Origin: Nemertoderma westbladi
Lineage: Eukaryota > Animalia > Xenacoelomorpha
Length of the DNA stretch: 32,165 bases
Direction: 5' to 3'
Assembly (NCBI GenBank): GCA_032718475.1
Contig: JAUCBJ010001714.1
Coordinates: 1 to 32,165 of the forward strand
The translations under genes and the position numbers were made by a program. Positions 1-10,083 of the stretch are shown here, piece after piece; within the stretch, counting starts at the first letter, position 1, and the number at the start of each line of letters is the position of its first letter. The notes below the pieces were generated by a model, which saw only the letters and a program-made list of their open reading frames with translations, had not been told where the DNA came from and did no database searches.

Positions 1-290
1 TTTGTATATTTACTTCAACATGTACACAAAAGTACAATTGTTGATTGTAACATAGTCAAAACTTATTGCACCAGATGAGTATAATAATAATAACCCTTCA
101 CCAGAGAAGGAACTAGTGTATCTCAGAAGGCATATTGTATTTAGTGTAGTTATACTTAAATTGAATTGTAACTACGTCTAGAGTGTATGTTAATTTTGGC
201 CTAAAATTATGGAGCGAAGTGAAAACGCGTTTGTACAAAAACAGGGGAGAGATTTTTAACTATTGTTGGATCGGTGTGTACTGTAGAATC

Positions 291-3200
291 CTACGGTATT
301 TGTACATAGATGGGAACCCTACTGTATTGGGGTGGCAGGTATTGTTCGCGTAAGCTACTGTATATTGGGCATTCGAGAAGGAAGTGGTATTCTGATTCAA
401 TACGCCCCAAGTTGCATACTGGACATAGCCTGTTCAACCGTGGGATATTGTACCAGCGTCCTTCTTCGATTTTTAATCTATGTGAAGTGCATCGGAAACT
501 AGCTATTGTACGTTTCAGAGTGGGGTAATTTTTAAGAACTATAAGGTACGGTTCGGTTCGAAATGTATCTTTGACATAAAAGTCGCCTTTTGGGGAATTC
601 TCTAGGGTTGACCACCAATTTTGGATAAACTGACTCTGTAGCGTATCCCTCACCTTTGCTAGGAACTCCCTCCCGTTTGGTACTGATTGCGCTTCCCAAG
701 CCCAAGAAAATCCCAAATTATTAAGTGTATCCCGAACCCCTGACGTCCAATTTGGAACCCTTTGAGAATTAAGCCCTTCCACTGATATGAGATATACCCG
801 TTTTACTAATCTATATGATGGCAATGACAATAATCGTAACCAGAATTTTATAATCCCAATGGTTCGGTCAATTGTCAACGGGAAGACACCGGTTTCTCCA
901 TAGACTATAAAGTCTGGCGTTGAAGTTTTCACACCCAAAACATTTTTCAGAAATTTCAGCTGTAGTTTTTCTGTGTCCCTCCCTTTTGTGAATCCCCATA
1001 CCTCAGATCCATACAGCAAAATAGGCTTAATCAAACTGTTAAAGAGATGTCGTTTTAGGTCAAAACCGATGTTTGGGAATGAGTTCATATAGCGGCAGAG
1101 CGTGTAGTAAGATTTGTTTGCCTTCTCAGTCAATATTTCTTGAGCCTTAATAAATTTTCCTGTTGAAGTAAAGGTAATTCCAAGGTACGTGTAATGAGGT
1201 ACAACTTTCATACCTACTCCTTTATATGTCCAAGTTTCATGTGCCGCTTGGGTGCCCCCTTGTCTAAATATAACAATATTTGATTTAGTCAAATTTACAG
1301 TCAGCCCCCAAAAAGTACAGTAGCAACCTAGAGTATCAAGTGAAGCTTGCAACCCCGCCACAGTATTAGCCAGTAGAACAATGTCATCTGCAAAAAGTAG
1401 CAGATAGAGTTTAAATAAGCCAACGTCTACACCAGTGGCATTTCCTTTGCTCAGCTCAGCTTCTAAATCGTTAATGAACAAAACGAATAGAAAAGGGCTA
1501 AGGCATTCGCCCTGCCTGACTCCAACTAGACAGTTAAAGGAATCCGACATATTGTCCCCCCAGATGACTCTTGTTTTGGCAGCGGCGTACATACTTTTTA
1601 TTATTTTATAAACTTTCCCTGAAAATCCCAATGCATTAAGTTTAAACCATAGAGCACTTCTATCAATCATATCAAATGCCTTCTGCAGATCTATGAAGGC
1701 GCAATAAAACTTACAACCTTTGGATTTATTTAAGTACTGCGTTATCAGGTTGCTAAGTATAAATAACTGGTCAGTCGTCCTGTAACCAGGGCGAAAACCA
1801 GCCTGGGAATCAATAATTATTCCAAAGGCATCCTCCCACCACTGTAAGCGTGCGTTTATAGCCGCTGTAAACAACTTTCCTAAAACGCTAAGTAAAGAGA
1901 TTCCCCGATAGTAATTTGCGTCAGCACGATTGCCTTTGTTTTTATAAATTGGAATTAAGTCCGCAAGTGCCCATTGTGAGGGAAAAATTCCAGAATATAA
2001 CACAGCGTTAAAAAGCGCAGTAATTATTGGAGACAAATGTTCACAGCCCAAAATAAAAATATTTGTGTCGAGTTCATCAGGCCCCGCCGCTTTACCGCGT
2101 TTTAATCTATTGATAGCATTATTCATCTCAGCCTCACAAAACGGTTCGCTTAGGAAATTTTCGAATATTTCTCTGCTGAGATTTACATTCGAATTTTCAG
2201 GCGGGATGTACCCAATATCCGTGAACTCAAACTCACTTGTATTATTTAGTTTGCGAAAATGGTTTTCTAATTTGTCCAGACAAATACCTGATGTGTTGTT
2301 ACTTGTATTTCCAGCAGCGGACTTTAACAACTTCCAAAACTTTTTGCTGTCACAACTTTTAACTGAAAGAAGCTTATTGGACTGCTTCAATTTGTACTCA
2401 TACTTAGCCCTCCGCAATGATTTGGAGTACGCACTGCGGGAATTAACTAGGATAATGTGGTCATCCGGAGAAGATGAATTTTTCCACCTGTTCAGAGCTC
2501 TACGAAAAATATACTTATTTTCTGCACACTCTGGAGTATACCATGGGTGTGAAAAAAGATTTTTGTGATCGGATACATCAACTGGATTTTGTTTGGTCTC
2601 ATAACTATATGTAGCATCAAGGAGGACTTTGTTAAAATCATCAACTATTGTATCAATTGTTGATTGAGTGAATTCACATTCTAGAATTTTGTCAACAATT
2701 GAATCTAACTGAATCTTAGTATGATCAGAGTCGATATTATTTTTGAATTTTAGCTCATGTTTCAAGTCCCACTTGTGTTTGTGTTTCACATGCAATGCAT
2801 GTGATTTACTGTCGCGCGATTCTGTACCCGCAGCCGCACCAGAAAATTCGTAAACGGGCTGTTGCAAATTTATACGCCTTATGGAAAAAGAAATAACACA
2901 ATGTTGTGAAAATATATTTTGTGGACTAATAATAAATTCTGTAACGATATTAAGTAAATTAGTCCTAGCTAGTACGTAGTCAATAGCAGAGCGGCCTATT
3001 ACCCCTCTAGTGGAACAATGACTATAGAATGAGAAATTACCCATTCCCTTGTCCTGGCCAACTCTGCCATTTGCAATTCGCAGACCGGTAGATTTACATA
3101 AGTCCAGAAGGCGCCGTCCATACGCATTGAAAACACTGTCTTTGTTTACTCTAATTTTCGGTATACTACCCCACGTTTCTAAACTATCTGGAATGTAATC

Positions 3201-3713
3201 AGGGGGAAGTAGATTACTAAAATCAGGTGTATCGATGCCGTCAAATTCTATGAAATCTGGTCTACAGGCAGTTCTAGCATTTAAATCACCTACTAAAATC
3301 ACGTCCCCTTTATTACTATAGCAACCAATACCCTTTTCGATAGTATCAAAAAGAGAAATACAATCGGCCACGTGTACTTTACTACTCGACGGAGGTATGT
3401 AGGCAGCACAAATAATAAGATCTTTATTTAATCCTAGTAATTCTTTATTTAATTTAAACCAACGAATGTCCTCCCGAGAAAATTCTTCTAGCATTGTTAT
3501 ACCACTTGCATATTCATTGCGGACATAAACAGTCAACCCCCCACTAAATCGCTTTGCCCTGCTATGCTTGAATTTTCTCGGATAGTTAAAAGACATATAA
3601 CCAACAATTTCTATATTTGCGGAACAGGTTGGATTTAGCCAAGTTTCAGCGCAGATAAATATGTCAGACAGGGCAACGCGAGAATGGAAGTCTGGTTCCG
3701 CTAGGCACGACAA
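291..3713 (-). CDS. LINE ORF2: apurinic-type endonuclease + reverse transcriptase + C-terminal CCHC zinc knuckle
   Basis: EN motifs AETWL, GDLNAR, SAIDY, SQH; RT motifs YRGISLL, QAGFR, FIDLQKAFD, GVRQG, LFADD, YLGI; CPVC..E.EYHFLLEC. The frame is actually open up to 3869 and includes EN motif I (FLNVEGL); the track start is a TTG, not an ATG. Confidence 0.95.
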   Translation of the reverse strand: MSCLAEPDFHSRVALSDIFICAETWLNPTCSANIEIVGYMSFNYPRKFKHSRAKRFSGGLTVYVRNEYASGITMLEEFSREDIRWFKLNKELLGLNKDLIICAAYIPPSSSKVHVADCISLFDTIEKGIGCYSNKGDVILVGDLNARTACRPDFIEFDGIDTPDFSNLLPPDYIPDSLETWGSIPKIRVNKDSVFNAYGRRLLDLCKSTGLRIANGRVGQDKGMGNFSFYSHCSTRGVIGRSAIDYVLARTNLLNIVTEFIISPQNIFSQHCVISFSIRRINLQQPVYEFSGAAAGTESRDSKSHALHVKHKHKWDLKHELKFKNNIDSDHTKIQLDSIVDKILECEFTQSTIDTIVDDFNKVLLDATYSYETKQNPVDVSDHKNLFSHPWYTPECAENKYIFRRALNRWKNSSSPDDHIILVNSRSAYSKSLRRAKYEYKLKQSNKLLSVKSCDSKKFWKLLKSAAGNTSNNTSGICLDKLENHFRKLNNTSEFEFTDIGYIPPENSNVNLSREIFENFLSEPFCEAEMNNAINRLKRGKAAGPDELDTNIFILGCEHLSPIITALFNAVLYSGIFPSQWALADLIPIYKNKGNRADANYYRGISLLSVLGKLFTAAINARLQWWEDAFGIIIDSQAGFRPGYRTTDQLFILSNLITQYLNKSKGCKFYCAFIDLQKAFDMIDRSALWFKLNALGFSGKVYKIIKSMYAAAKTRVIWGDNMSDSFNCLVGVRQGECLSPFLFVLFINDLEAELSKGNATGVDVGLFKLYLLLFADDIVLLANTVAGLQASLDTLGCYCTFWGLTVNLTKSNIVIFRQGGTQAAHETWTYKGVGMKVVPHYTYLGITFTSTGKFIKAQEILTEKANKSYYTLCRYMNSFPNIGFDLKRHLFNSLIKPILLYGSEVWGFTKGRDTEKLQLKFLKNVLGVKTSTPDFIVYGETGVFPLTIDRTIGIIKFWLRLLSLPSYRLVKRVYLISVEGLNSQRVPNWTSGVRDTLNNLGFSWAWEAQSVPNGREFLAKVRDTLQSQFIQNWWSTLENSPKGDFYVKDTFRTEPYLIVLKNYPTLKRTIASFRCTSHRLKIEEGRWYNIPRLNRLCPVCNLGRIESEYHFLLECPIYSSLREQYLPPQYSRVPIYVQIP

Positions 3714-3823
3714 AAGACCTTCAACATTAAGGAAATCTACTATAAAATGTAAATTGTTAGGTAGGACTACCGAGGACCTGGTAATGTCGGAGTTAAAATC
3801 AGTTTGCTCTGAATAGTTGTTAG

Positions 3824-5941
3824 TTAATCCGGATGTGGAGGAGCGTCCTCTATTAAATCCGATGGTGTATTATACGTGTTGTTGCCCATGGGATGACCTT
3901 CAGTGGATGAACCCGTTTCTGGGTTACCGCTAGTACTTGGTAGCCCATAGGTATTATTTGACGGTATGGTTTTTCTTGCGATCTCCCATTCTGGGATTCC
4001 AGAATTGGACTGTGAAATTCCAGATATGGCTGTTTCGGCAGTACCTTTGCGAAGTACTATTTTAGGTACAGCTGTGGCAGGGACAAGAGACTGGAGCGAC
4101 TCACTAGCTACATGATTGTTTGGCATCTGGTGGTTAATTATTTCACAATCCTCTATATTGAGTGAAATAGTTCTATTTCTACCTGTAACTACAGAATCTA
4201 CTGGTTTTGTGGCTGACTCCTCATCCACGCTAATATCTAGTACATCGAACCTATTAGATACAGGTATACCCGGAGATGTTCTATCTAGCATGGGCGTACT
4301 AACTACATTACCGGTGCCGCCTACTACGGTCCAAGTACTACTATTTGCTACAGTATCCCCTAGAGAAATTGGTGAAACATTTTGAACAGTAGCCAATACT
4401 ACACCAGTGCTGCTGTACTGGTGGGCTGCGCCACCATTAGTTTCACTTTGACGGGAACTATTGGGTCTGAGAGATACACTAGTCGAGACATTGTTAGTAA
4501 GTGATGTGAATGTTAGTGGGTTAGAGTCAGAAGTGTTAAAATGAATTGAGTTATATGGACTGATACAGCTATAATGAATGAAGTTACTGTTAGTCGGGTT
4601 ATTATTTGTTGTGATGCTACCACCATTAGCATTAACATTGAGACTAGTACCGGTAGATGAGTTGTTAAAATTACCAAAGCTATTAACATTACCACAGTTA
4701 GGAACCAGTGCAGTTCTTTGGATGTGATGATAACTGGGGTTATATGGTTCGAAATGATGTTGAGGTTGGTAGTAGGCCATGTTGTTCGTTGATGAGTTGC
4801 CGAGGTTGCGATATCGTAGAGGTTGAGATATTCCGGAATATGGGTGACGAGCCAAGTTTGGAGCACATTGACTGGATACACTGGGATTAATATTAATAAT
4901 GTCTGAGAGCCTCACATTAGGATTCTCGTAAACTTCCCATCCGTTTATTTTGGTGCCGTTTAAGTACAGGTTATTTCCCCGCAACGAGTTGGTTACACCA
5001 GCGCGTCGGGCTTCCCGCGATAAACGTGATAGTGTATCACGCTGTTGTCTGAGCTCATAGGGGAGATCTTCAAGAAACTTTAAAGGCGAATCTCTCAACA
5101 GGTTACGACCTGCTGTAAGGACGGCGTTCCTGGTCTTTAGACTTAAAAATTCGACTTTAATGGGACGTTTAGAGTTCGGTTTTATCGCGCCGATCCGGAA
5201 TGCTCGTTCGATATTCAGCTGAGACGATATTTGTAATTTAGTAGTTATAATTTCTGCAATTAGAGCTTCAACAACCTCACCTCGATTCTCCACTGCCCCA
5301 GTAAGAAGTAAACAACGACTGGAGTTCTGCTTCTCCGATTCAACGTGGCATCTATGGAGACGTTGTATATTCGATCTATTGGTTTGAATATCTCCTGCTG
5401 CCTTCCCCAATGCAAGGTTTAGCTCGTCAACACCGGCCTTGATATCCGGAATCATTTCTAGGTAGAACGATAAACCCGGTTGGCCTATTGTCGGACCAGT
5501 GCGAGTGTCACTACGATCGCTGAATAGGCTTCCATGGACTGGTGGGGTGCACGGGTAACCATGGTTTTGGGTTTGCCACCTAGTGTTTTCGAAACCTGTG
5601 GCGCTGGAATCCGAACCTGCCAGCCTCTGGGCGGCATATTGCTGGGGAAACTCGGATAGACGTTGACCCACCTGTGGAGGGTTGGGCGAATCATTGCTTG
5701 TGACACGTGGGCGTTTGTGAGAAGGCTTTCCGAGGCAGGGACCGTTACCGGAAGTAGGCCCTCTTGTACCAGTAGACCAAACGGGAAATGACGATGTAGC
5801 TAGTGTACCGGTATTTGGTATGAAAATAGGTTCATTTATTATTAACTGGGAGTTATTAGCTTCGATAAGTTCAATTTGAGTCGCCTCTCCGTAGCAGACG
5901 GAACCATCTAGCATATTAGTAACCCCGGTATTTGTATTCAT
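3824..5941 (-). CDS. LINE ORF1 protein (coiled-coil + L1-type RRM/CTD-like domain, long N/S/T-rich tail)
   Basis: 705-aa ORF directly upstream of ORF2; segment IERAFRIG...KRPIKVEF...EDLP.ELRQQR...LYLNG resembles L1/CR1-type ORF1 domains. Confidence 0.85.
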   Translation of the reverse strand: MNTNTGVTNMLDGSVCYGEATQIELIEANNSQLIINEPIFIPNTGTLATSSFPVWSTGTRGPTSGNGPCLGKPSHKRPRVTSNDSPNPPQVGQRLSEFPQQYAAQRLAGSDSSATGFENTRWQTQNHGYPCTPPVHGSLFSDRSDTRTGPTIGQPGLSFYLEMIPDIKAGVDELNLALGKAAGDIQTNRSNIQRLHRCHVESEKQNSSRCLLLTGAVENRGEVVEALIAEIITTKLQISSQLNIERAFRIGAIKPNSKRPIKVEFLSLKTRNAVLTAGRNLLRDSPLKFLEDLPYELRQQRDTLSRLSREARRAGVTNSLRGNNLYLNGTKINGWEVYENPNVRLSDIININPSVSSQCAPNLARHPYSGISQPLRYRNLGNSSTNNMAYYQPQHHFEPYNPSYHHIQRTALVPNCGNVNSFGNFNNSSTGTSLNVNANGGSITTNNNPTNSNFIHYSCISPYNSIHFNTSDSNPLTFTSLTNNVSTSVSLRPNSSRQSETNGGAAHQYSSTGVVLATVQNVSPISLGDTVANSSTWTVVGGTGNVVSTPMLDRTSPGIPVSNRFDVLDISVDEESATKPVDSVVTGRNRTISLNIEDCEIINHQMPNNHVASESLQSLVPATAVPKIVLRKGTAETAISGISQSNSGIPEWEIARKTIPSNNTYGLPSTSGNPETGSSTEGHPMGNNTYNTPSDLIEDAPPHPD
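3854..3860 (-). promoter_or_regulatory. Candidate -1 ribosomal frameshift heptamer G_GAU_UUA in the ORF1/ORF2 overlap
   Basis: ORF1 codons TCG GAT TTA place the heptamer in the correct phase. ORF2 is in the -1 frame and open from 3869. Confidence 0.5.
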
Positions 5942-6674
5942 ATTGTTTCTTCTGGTGAGTTCAGTATTACTCGATTACTGTATACTATATCAATAACAGA
6001 ATACAGAATAATAAATAATAATTGCAATGTGGACAATCATTGAACATAGGCATTATGCAGGCATGACCGTTAGACATGATTATTAGACAATCAGCTGATC
6101 GCAGTGTACCAGTACACCAGTACAGTAGTATGGTACCAGTACAGCAGTACAGTAAGTAACCTGTGGCGGATTTAGGGAGTGCTGGTATGTCACCATGTCA
6201 TGACATACCCCTAAGAAAACACTCAAATGGAACCCCTACGCTAAGGCTCACTCACTTCGTGGCTCGCCCCACAGACACACGTGGTACCTGTATGCTAAGC
6301 AGGCTTACTTTCGTGGCTCGCCACACAGTATAAAGAGTCGTCCTACCTACAAAACATGCGCAGGGATGACGAAATACAAGTTTAGTACACCCATCTCAGC
6401 TATTACACAAAGGAATTCAGATGTCTTAGATTGGGAATCCTCGAGACGCCATCTTTTAAAAAGTGGTACAAACAAAACAAATCACTAGAGAATGTGTCAA
6501 AAATTTTCAACATTCTTAAGAAAATTTTTGAAAGTGTAACTTTAACACTGACTCACCAAAATAAACTAAAAATTCAACCGTTGAAAGATTCACACAGTAG
6601 CTATGGAACTTCATTATTTACAACGAAGTATTTTGAAGTTCTGGTTCTCATTTAGATAACAATAATGGATAGGT

Positions 6675-6929
6675 CTACCAACCTGAAACAATAGGCCCTG
6701 TCGTTAGGAACATTGTAATTTCTTTTCCCAGTTCTGTTCCCGAGTTTTCCCAGTTCGAACATTTAATCCGGAATGCCATATAGGGTAAGGGTGCGATGAT
6801 ATAAAATGATATGACAGACAACGGCATCCAGTTGTATGGGTGTCTAATGGTACAGGCTAAGATCAATATCGCGACGCCAACAGATATCATAAAAGACAGT
6901 TCTATTATCTTGCGAACAGCTACAGCCAT
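6675..6929 (-). pseudogene. LEPROT: LEPROT/LEPROTL1 (Vps55 family, endospanin)-like sequence, truncated and intronless
   Basis: Translation aligns by eye with the first ~80 aa of Vps55 family proteins (LSF..VG..ILAC, W.PL.V..FYIIAPLP, KEITMFLTTG..VS). It stops at VSGW*, about two-thirds of the family length; it could alternatively splice at CAG|GTTGGT. Confidence 0.7.
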
Positions 6930-7066
6930 GTTAACTTCCAGTTGTATATCTCTAAAATACCTTTACTTTTGACACATAGAACAATTTTTCAGCTTTAGTT
7001 TCAAAAAAAATCTTGCACATTAGGTTTATAGTATATATTTTCACCATTCCAAATGTAAATGCTGTA

Positions 7067-7803
7067 CAGTCATTCTGCCTAATTTGAGACATGGACCCAA
7101 ACGTGAGACAAATTCAATATCAACTTCAAGGGGCTCCTATAGCCAAATAATTACAGATCTTATGTCTCAAATAAAGGCTGTAAGAACCTAACAAGATTCT
7201 CCGTAATTAGCAAGTCGTAGGACTTGATTACTGTAATAAGAATTGTTGGCTGATTGACTGACTGGCTGACTGGCTGGCTGGCTGACTGATCTACAGCCAA
7301 AACTACTCTAACGATTTTGATGAAATTTTCACAGCAGCTAGATACCGCGATTCTAAGGTCCCTGGCATGATCGGCTACTCCGTCCATAGCCTCTGGGCTC
7401 GAAAAATAGAGATAAACGAAAAAAACGCCATAGGCGCAATGGTAAAATAACACCAATGACAGCTTGTTGATGGAATTTACATTTGATTGATGACTTCCGA
7501 CTTGCTTAACGGCGTCTTGACACCGTCTCTAGTATTTATGAGGTTATTTCATGTTAGTTATTAAAAAAAATTACAATTGAATTTCTTGTCTCACATTAGG
7601 GAATCGATGCCAAATTTGAGACATGCAACATTTCTTCAAAAATCAGCAACTGCTAGGCGAAATCAACTTTCGAGACCCGGAAAAATGGATTCTACGCCCC
7701 GGGAAACCCCTTATTACATAATTTCTGAGGAAGTCCAGTGTTTACATTTTTACACAGAACCCAACGAAGTTCAAAACCTGTCTCTTATATGGACCAATGA
7801 CTG
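7067..7803. mobile_element. Non-autonomous Tc1/mariner-type element (MITE)
   Basis: TA|CAGTCATT...GAGACA at left and TGTCTC...AATGACTG|TA at right (imperfect ~27-bp TIRs, TA flanks), with internal inverted GTGAGACA..AATTCAAT motifs. Confidence 0.65.
7247..7289. repeat. (CTGA/CTGG)n tetranucleotide microsatellite
   Basis: Seen directly. Confidence 0.8.
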
Positions 7804-8293
7804 TAGTTACAGGTATGCATCTGGGTAAATGTACATTATCTACAGAAGGCTGTGGAAAAAATGAAATTTTTGTTGTCAAACCATTTTAGAAAACTATGTA
7901 ATTATATGAGAGAGAAGGCTTGGGACAAACTAATAAATGACCAAGTGTTTGAAGGAGATGTGTCCCTGGCCCCTTCAATTATCACGAATCCGTTCCGTAG
8001 AATACACCTTTTGATATCGATATTTGAATATCGATCACTTTGGTTTGTATCTTTGATACGGTGTGGAAATTGGAAGTATTATTTTCAGCACACGCGCCTA
8101 CTGTATGTCTATTTTGGGTTGAGCCAGCCTCCATAATTTTATTCAATAACTCGAGATAATATTTTCACTATTGTTTTGGTGGTTTTGACTCCCTCTATCG
8201 ACGATAGTTTCTGGGTGGTACATGCACCAGGATACATATACCGGGTGCACACAATTGTGTGTATATGATACACCCATAAGTATTGAGGGATCT

Positions 8294-8421
8294 AGGACAC
8301 TTCCCCACCGGACAGTTCCCCCCCGGATACTTCCCCCCTGCCCAAGTAGGACACTCCACCCCCCCCCCCGGACACTTCCCCCCGGACACTCCCCCCCCAG
8401 GACACCCCCCCCCCCCCCCCC
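8294..8421. repeat. C-rich tandem repeat (GGACACTTCCCCC-like units), G-quadruplex-prone on the minus strand
   Basis: About 7 degenerate units, each GGA(C/T)A followed by C-runs. Confidence 0.75.
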
Positions 8422-8569
8422 AGTTAAAGTGTTAAAATTAATCTGGGTGCATCAAAGCAATAAACAAAAGTTAAAGATGGTTACAGGACAAAGTTGTATA
8501 TAGACAAGTTTTTTCAAAATTATAAAATAAACATTTTTATAGTCAAATTTTGTTTGTTTTTCTTTTAAT

Positions 8570-8666
8570 TGGGGCTGCCGCCCCCAAACCCCGTCTTCTT
8601 TTCTTGGGGGCTGCCGCCCCCAAACCCCGGCTTCTTTTCTTGGGGGCTCTCGCCCCCAAACCCCGG
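8570..8666. repeat. Three copies of a ~36-bp unit TGGGGGCTGCCGCCCCCAAACCCCG-TTCTTTTCT
   Basis: Seen directly; each unit contains a small GGGGGC/GCCCCC hairpin. Confidence 0.75.
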
Positions 8667-8838
8667 CATTTCCCTGTGGGTGTGCCCGTGGTGAAGGACT
8701 TTAAGACCATTTTGAAATAATTAATTAATGTTTATATCATCAGATAATAAATTGGCTACGCCTAAAGTAGGAGCTGTATTGAATGTTAACAGCTGTGAAA
8801 TCCATTTAATTTTATTTTTTGAGTGATGGTTCGGGTTA

Positions 8839-9853
8839 GGTATACTTTGGGCATTAGTATGGCCTGGGTACCCACTTTTTGACCAATTTTTTTACTTTGA
8901 GAATGGCTTTTATCATGAGAACTCTCTTTCTCTCACTCTCTCTCTTCCAGAACTAATATTGGACCTTCTGACATTAAGATGGTAACTAGTTTTTTAGTTT
9001 TTTTTACTAGCTAGTACTATTTACTAGCTAGTAAAAAAAGTTATTTTCGAAAAAAAAAATTTATGTAAAAAGTTTATTAATGTAATTTCCATAGGATCAA
9101 GATATTCTAGAGTAGGCCCTATTTGTTTTAGTGTGTTTTTATGAAAAACCAAATAAAAAAAAACACTAGCTATATTATTGTAATGTATAAAAATACTAGC
9201 CACCACATGACTCAATAATGTATGGAAGTTTAAGTAGGGTACTAAAAAAAAATTTTTTTTAATTTTTTTTGACCAAATAACCAAAGAAAAAAACCAAATA
9301 AAAAAACACTAGCTAGTATAATATTATTGTAATGTATAAAAATACTAGCTACAGTACCACATGACTCAGTAATGTAAGTTTAAGTAATAATAATAATAAT
9401 ATTGGTTATTTATATAGCGCTCTTCTACGCTCAGCATACTCAAAGCGCTTTTATTATCATTACCCCAGCAAAGCCAGGTTCCCATTATACCGCTGGGTTG
9501 ACGTAGGCACTAATGTCTAAAGCGTCTTGCCTAGGGACACAACAGTGCGAAATTTCTACAGCCTTTAGTCGGATTCGAACCTATCGGCGCCGTATCCACT
9601 CGGACACTGCGACATCTTACTACTAGTACTGCAAGTACTAAAAAAGTATTTTTTTATCAAAATGTTTTTTTTTGACTAGCTAGAAAAGTACTAGCTCGTA
9701 AAAAAAAACAAAAAATCTTGCTACCATCAGAATGCCAGAAAGTCAAATATTGGTTCTGTAACAAAAAACCTCATAATAAAAGCCATTTAGGCATGTACAA
9801 TTTTGGTCAAAACGTCGGTACCCAGGCCATGTTAATCCCAAACTTTGTATACC
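8839..9853. mobile_element. Foldback-type non-autonomous DNA element with ~200-bp imperfect inverted arms
   Basis: GGTATAC..TTTGGG..ATGGCCTGGGTACC..TTTTGACCAA at left is mirrored by TTGGTCAAAA..GGTACCCAGGCCAT..CCCAAA..GTATACC at right; internal ~140-bp direct duplication (about 9145 and 9290). Confidence 0.75.
9387..9632 (-). mobile_element. tRNA-derived SINE with conserved central domain and (TAT)n tail, nested in the foldback element
   Basis: Minus strand: B box GGTTCGAATCC (9571-9581), GTTGTGTCCCTAGGCAAGACGCTT central motif, TCAACCCAGCGGTATAATGGGAACC, 3' GCGCTATATAAATAACCAA(TAT)n. AAGTA is duplicated at 9382-9386 and 9633-9637. Confidence 0.8.
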
Positions 9854-10083
9854 AATTATGGGATACTTTTTTCAAGCCGCCTAACATTTACAGTTAACCG
9901 TTAACCTCAACTTTATAATTTACATTTCAATATGAAAAATAGAATGAACGACCTCAAAAATGACAAGCTACAATGAAATTTAAGATACCTGGACGGAAAA
10001 CCTTTATTAAGAAATATCTTAAATTACAGATTCCGGTATTTCTCAAATAGGCCCTACTAACAAATTTATGGACAAACAAACTA

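Larger units (their letters stand above)
1..6100 (-). mobile_element. Near full-length non-LTR retrotransposon (LINE) with ORF1 + APE-endonuclease/RT ORF2; clade uncertain (RTE-X/CR1-like group)
   Basis: Two long tandem minus-strand ORFs with LINE architecture. The 3' UTR runs off the window start and the 5' end is not defined. Confidence 0.93.
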
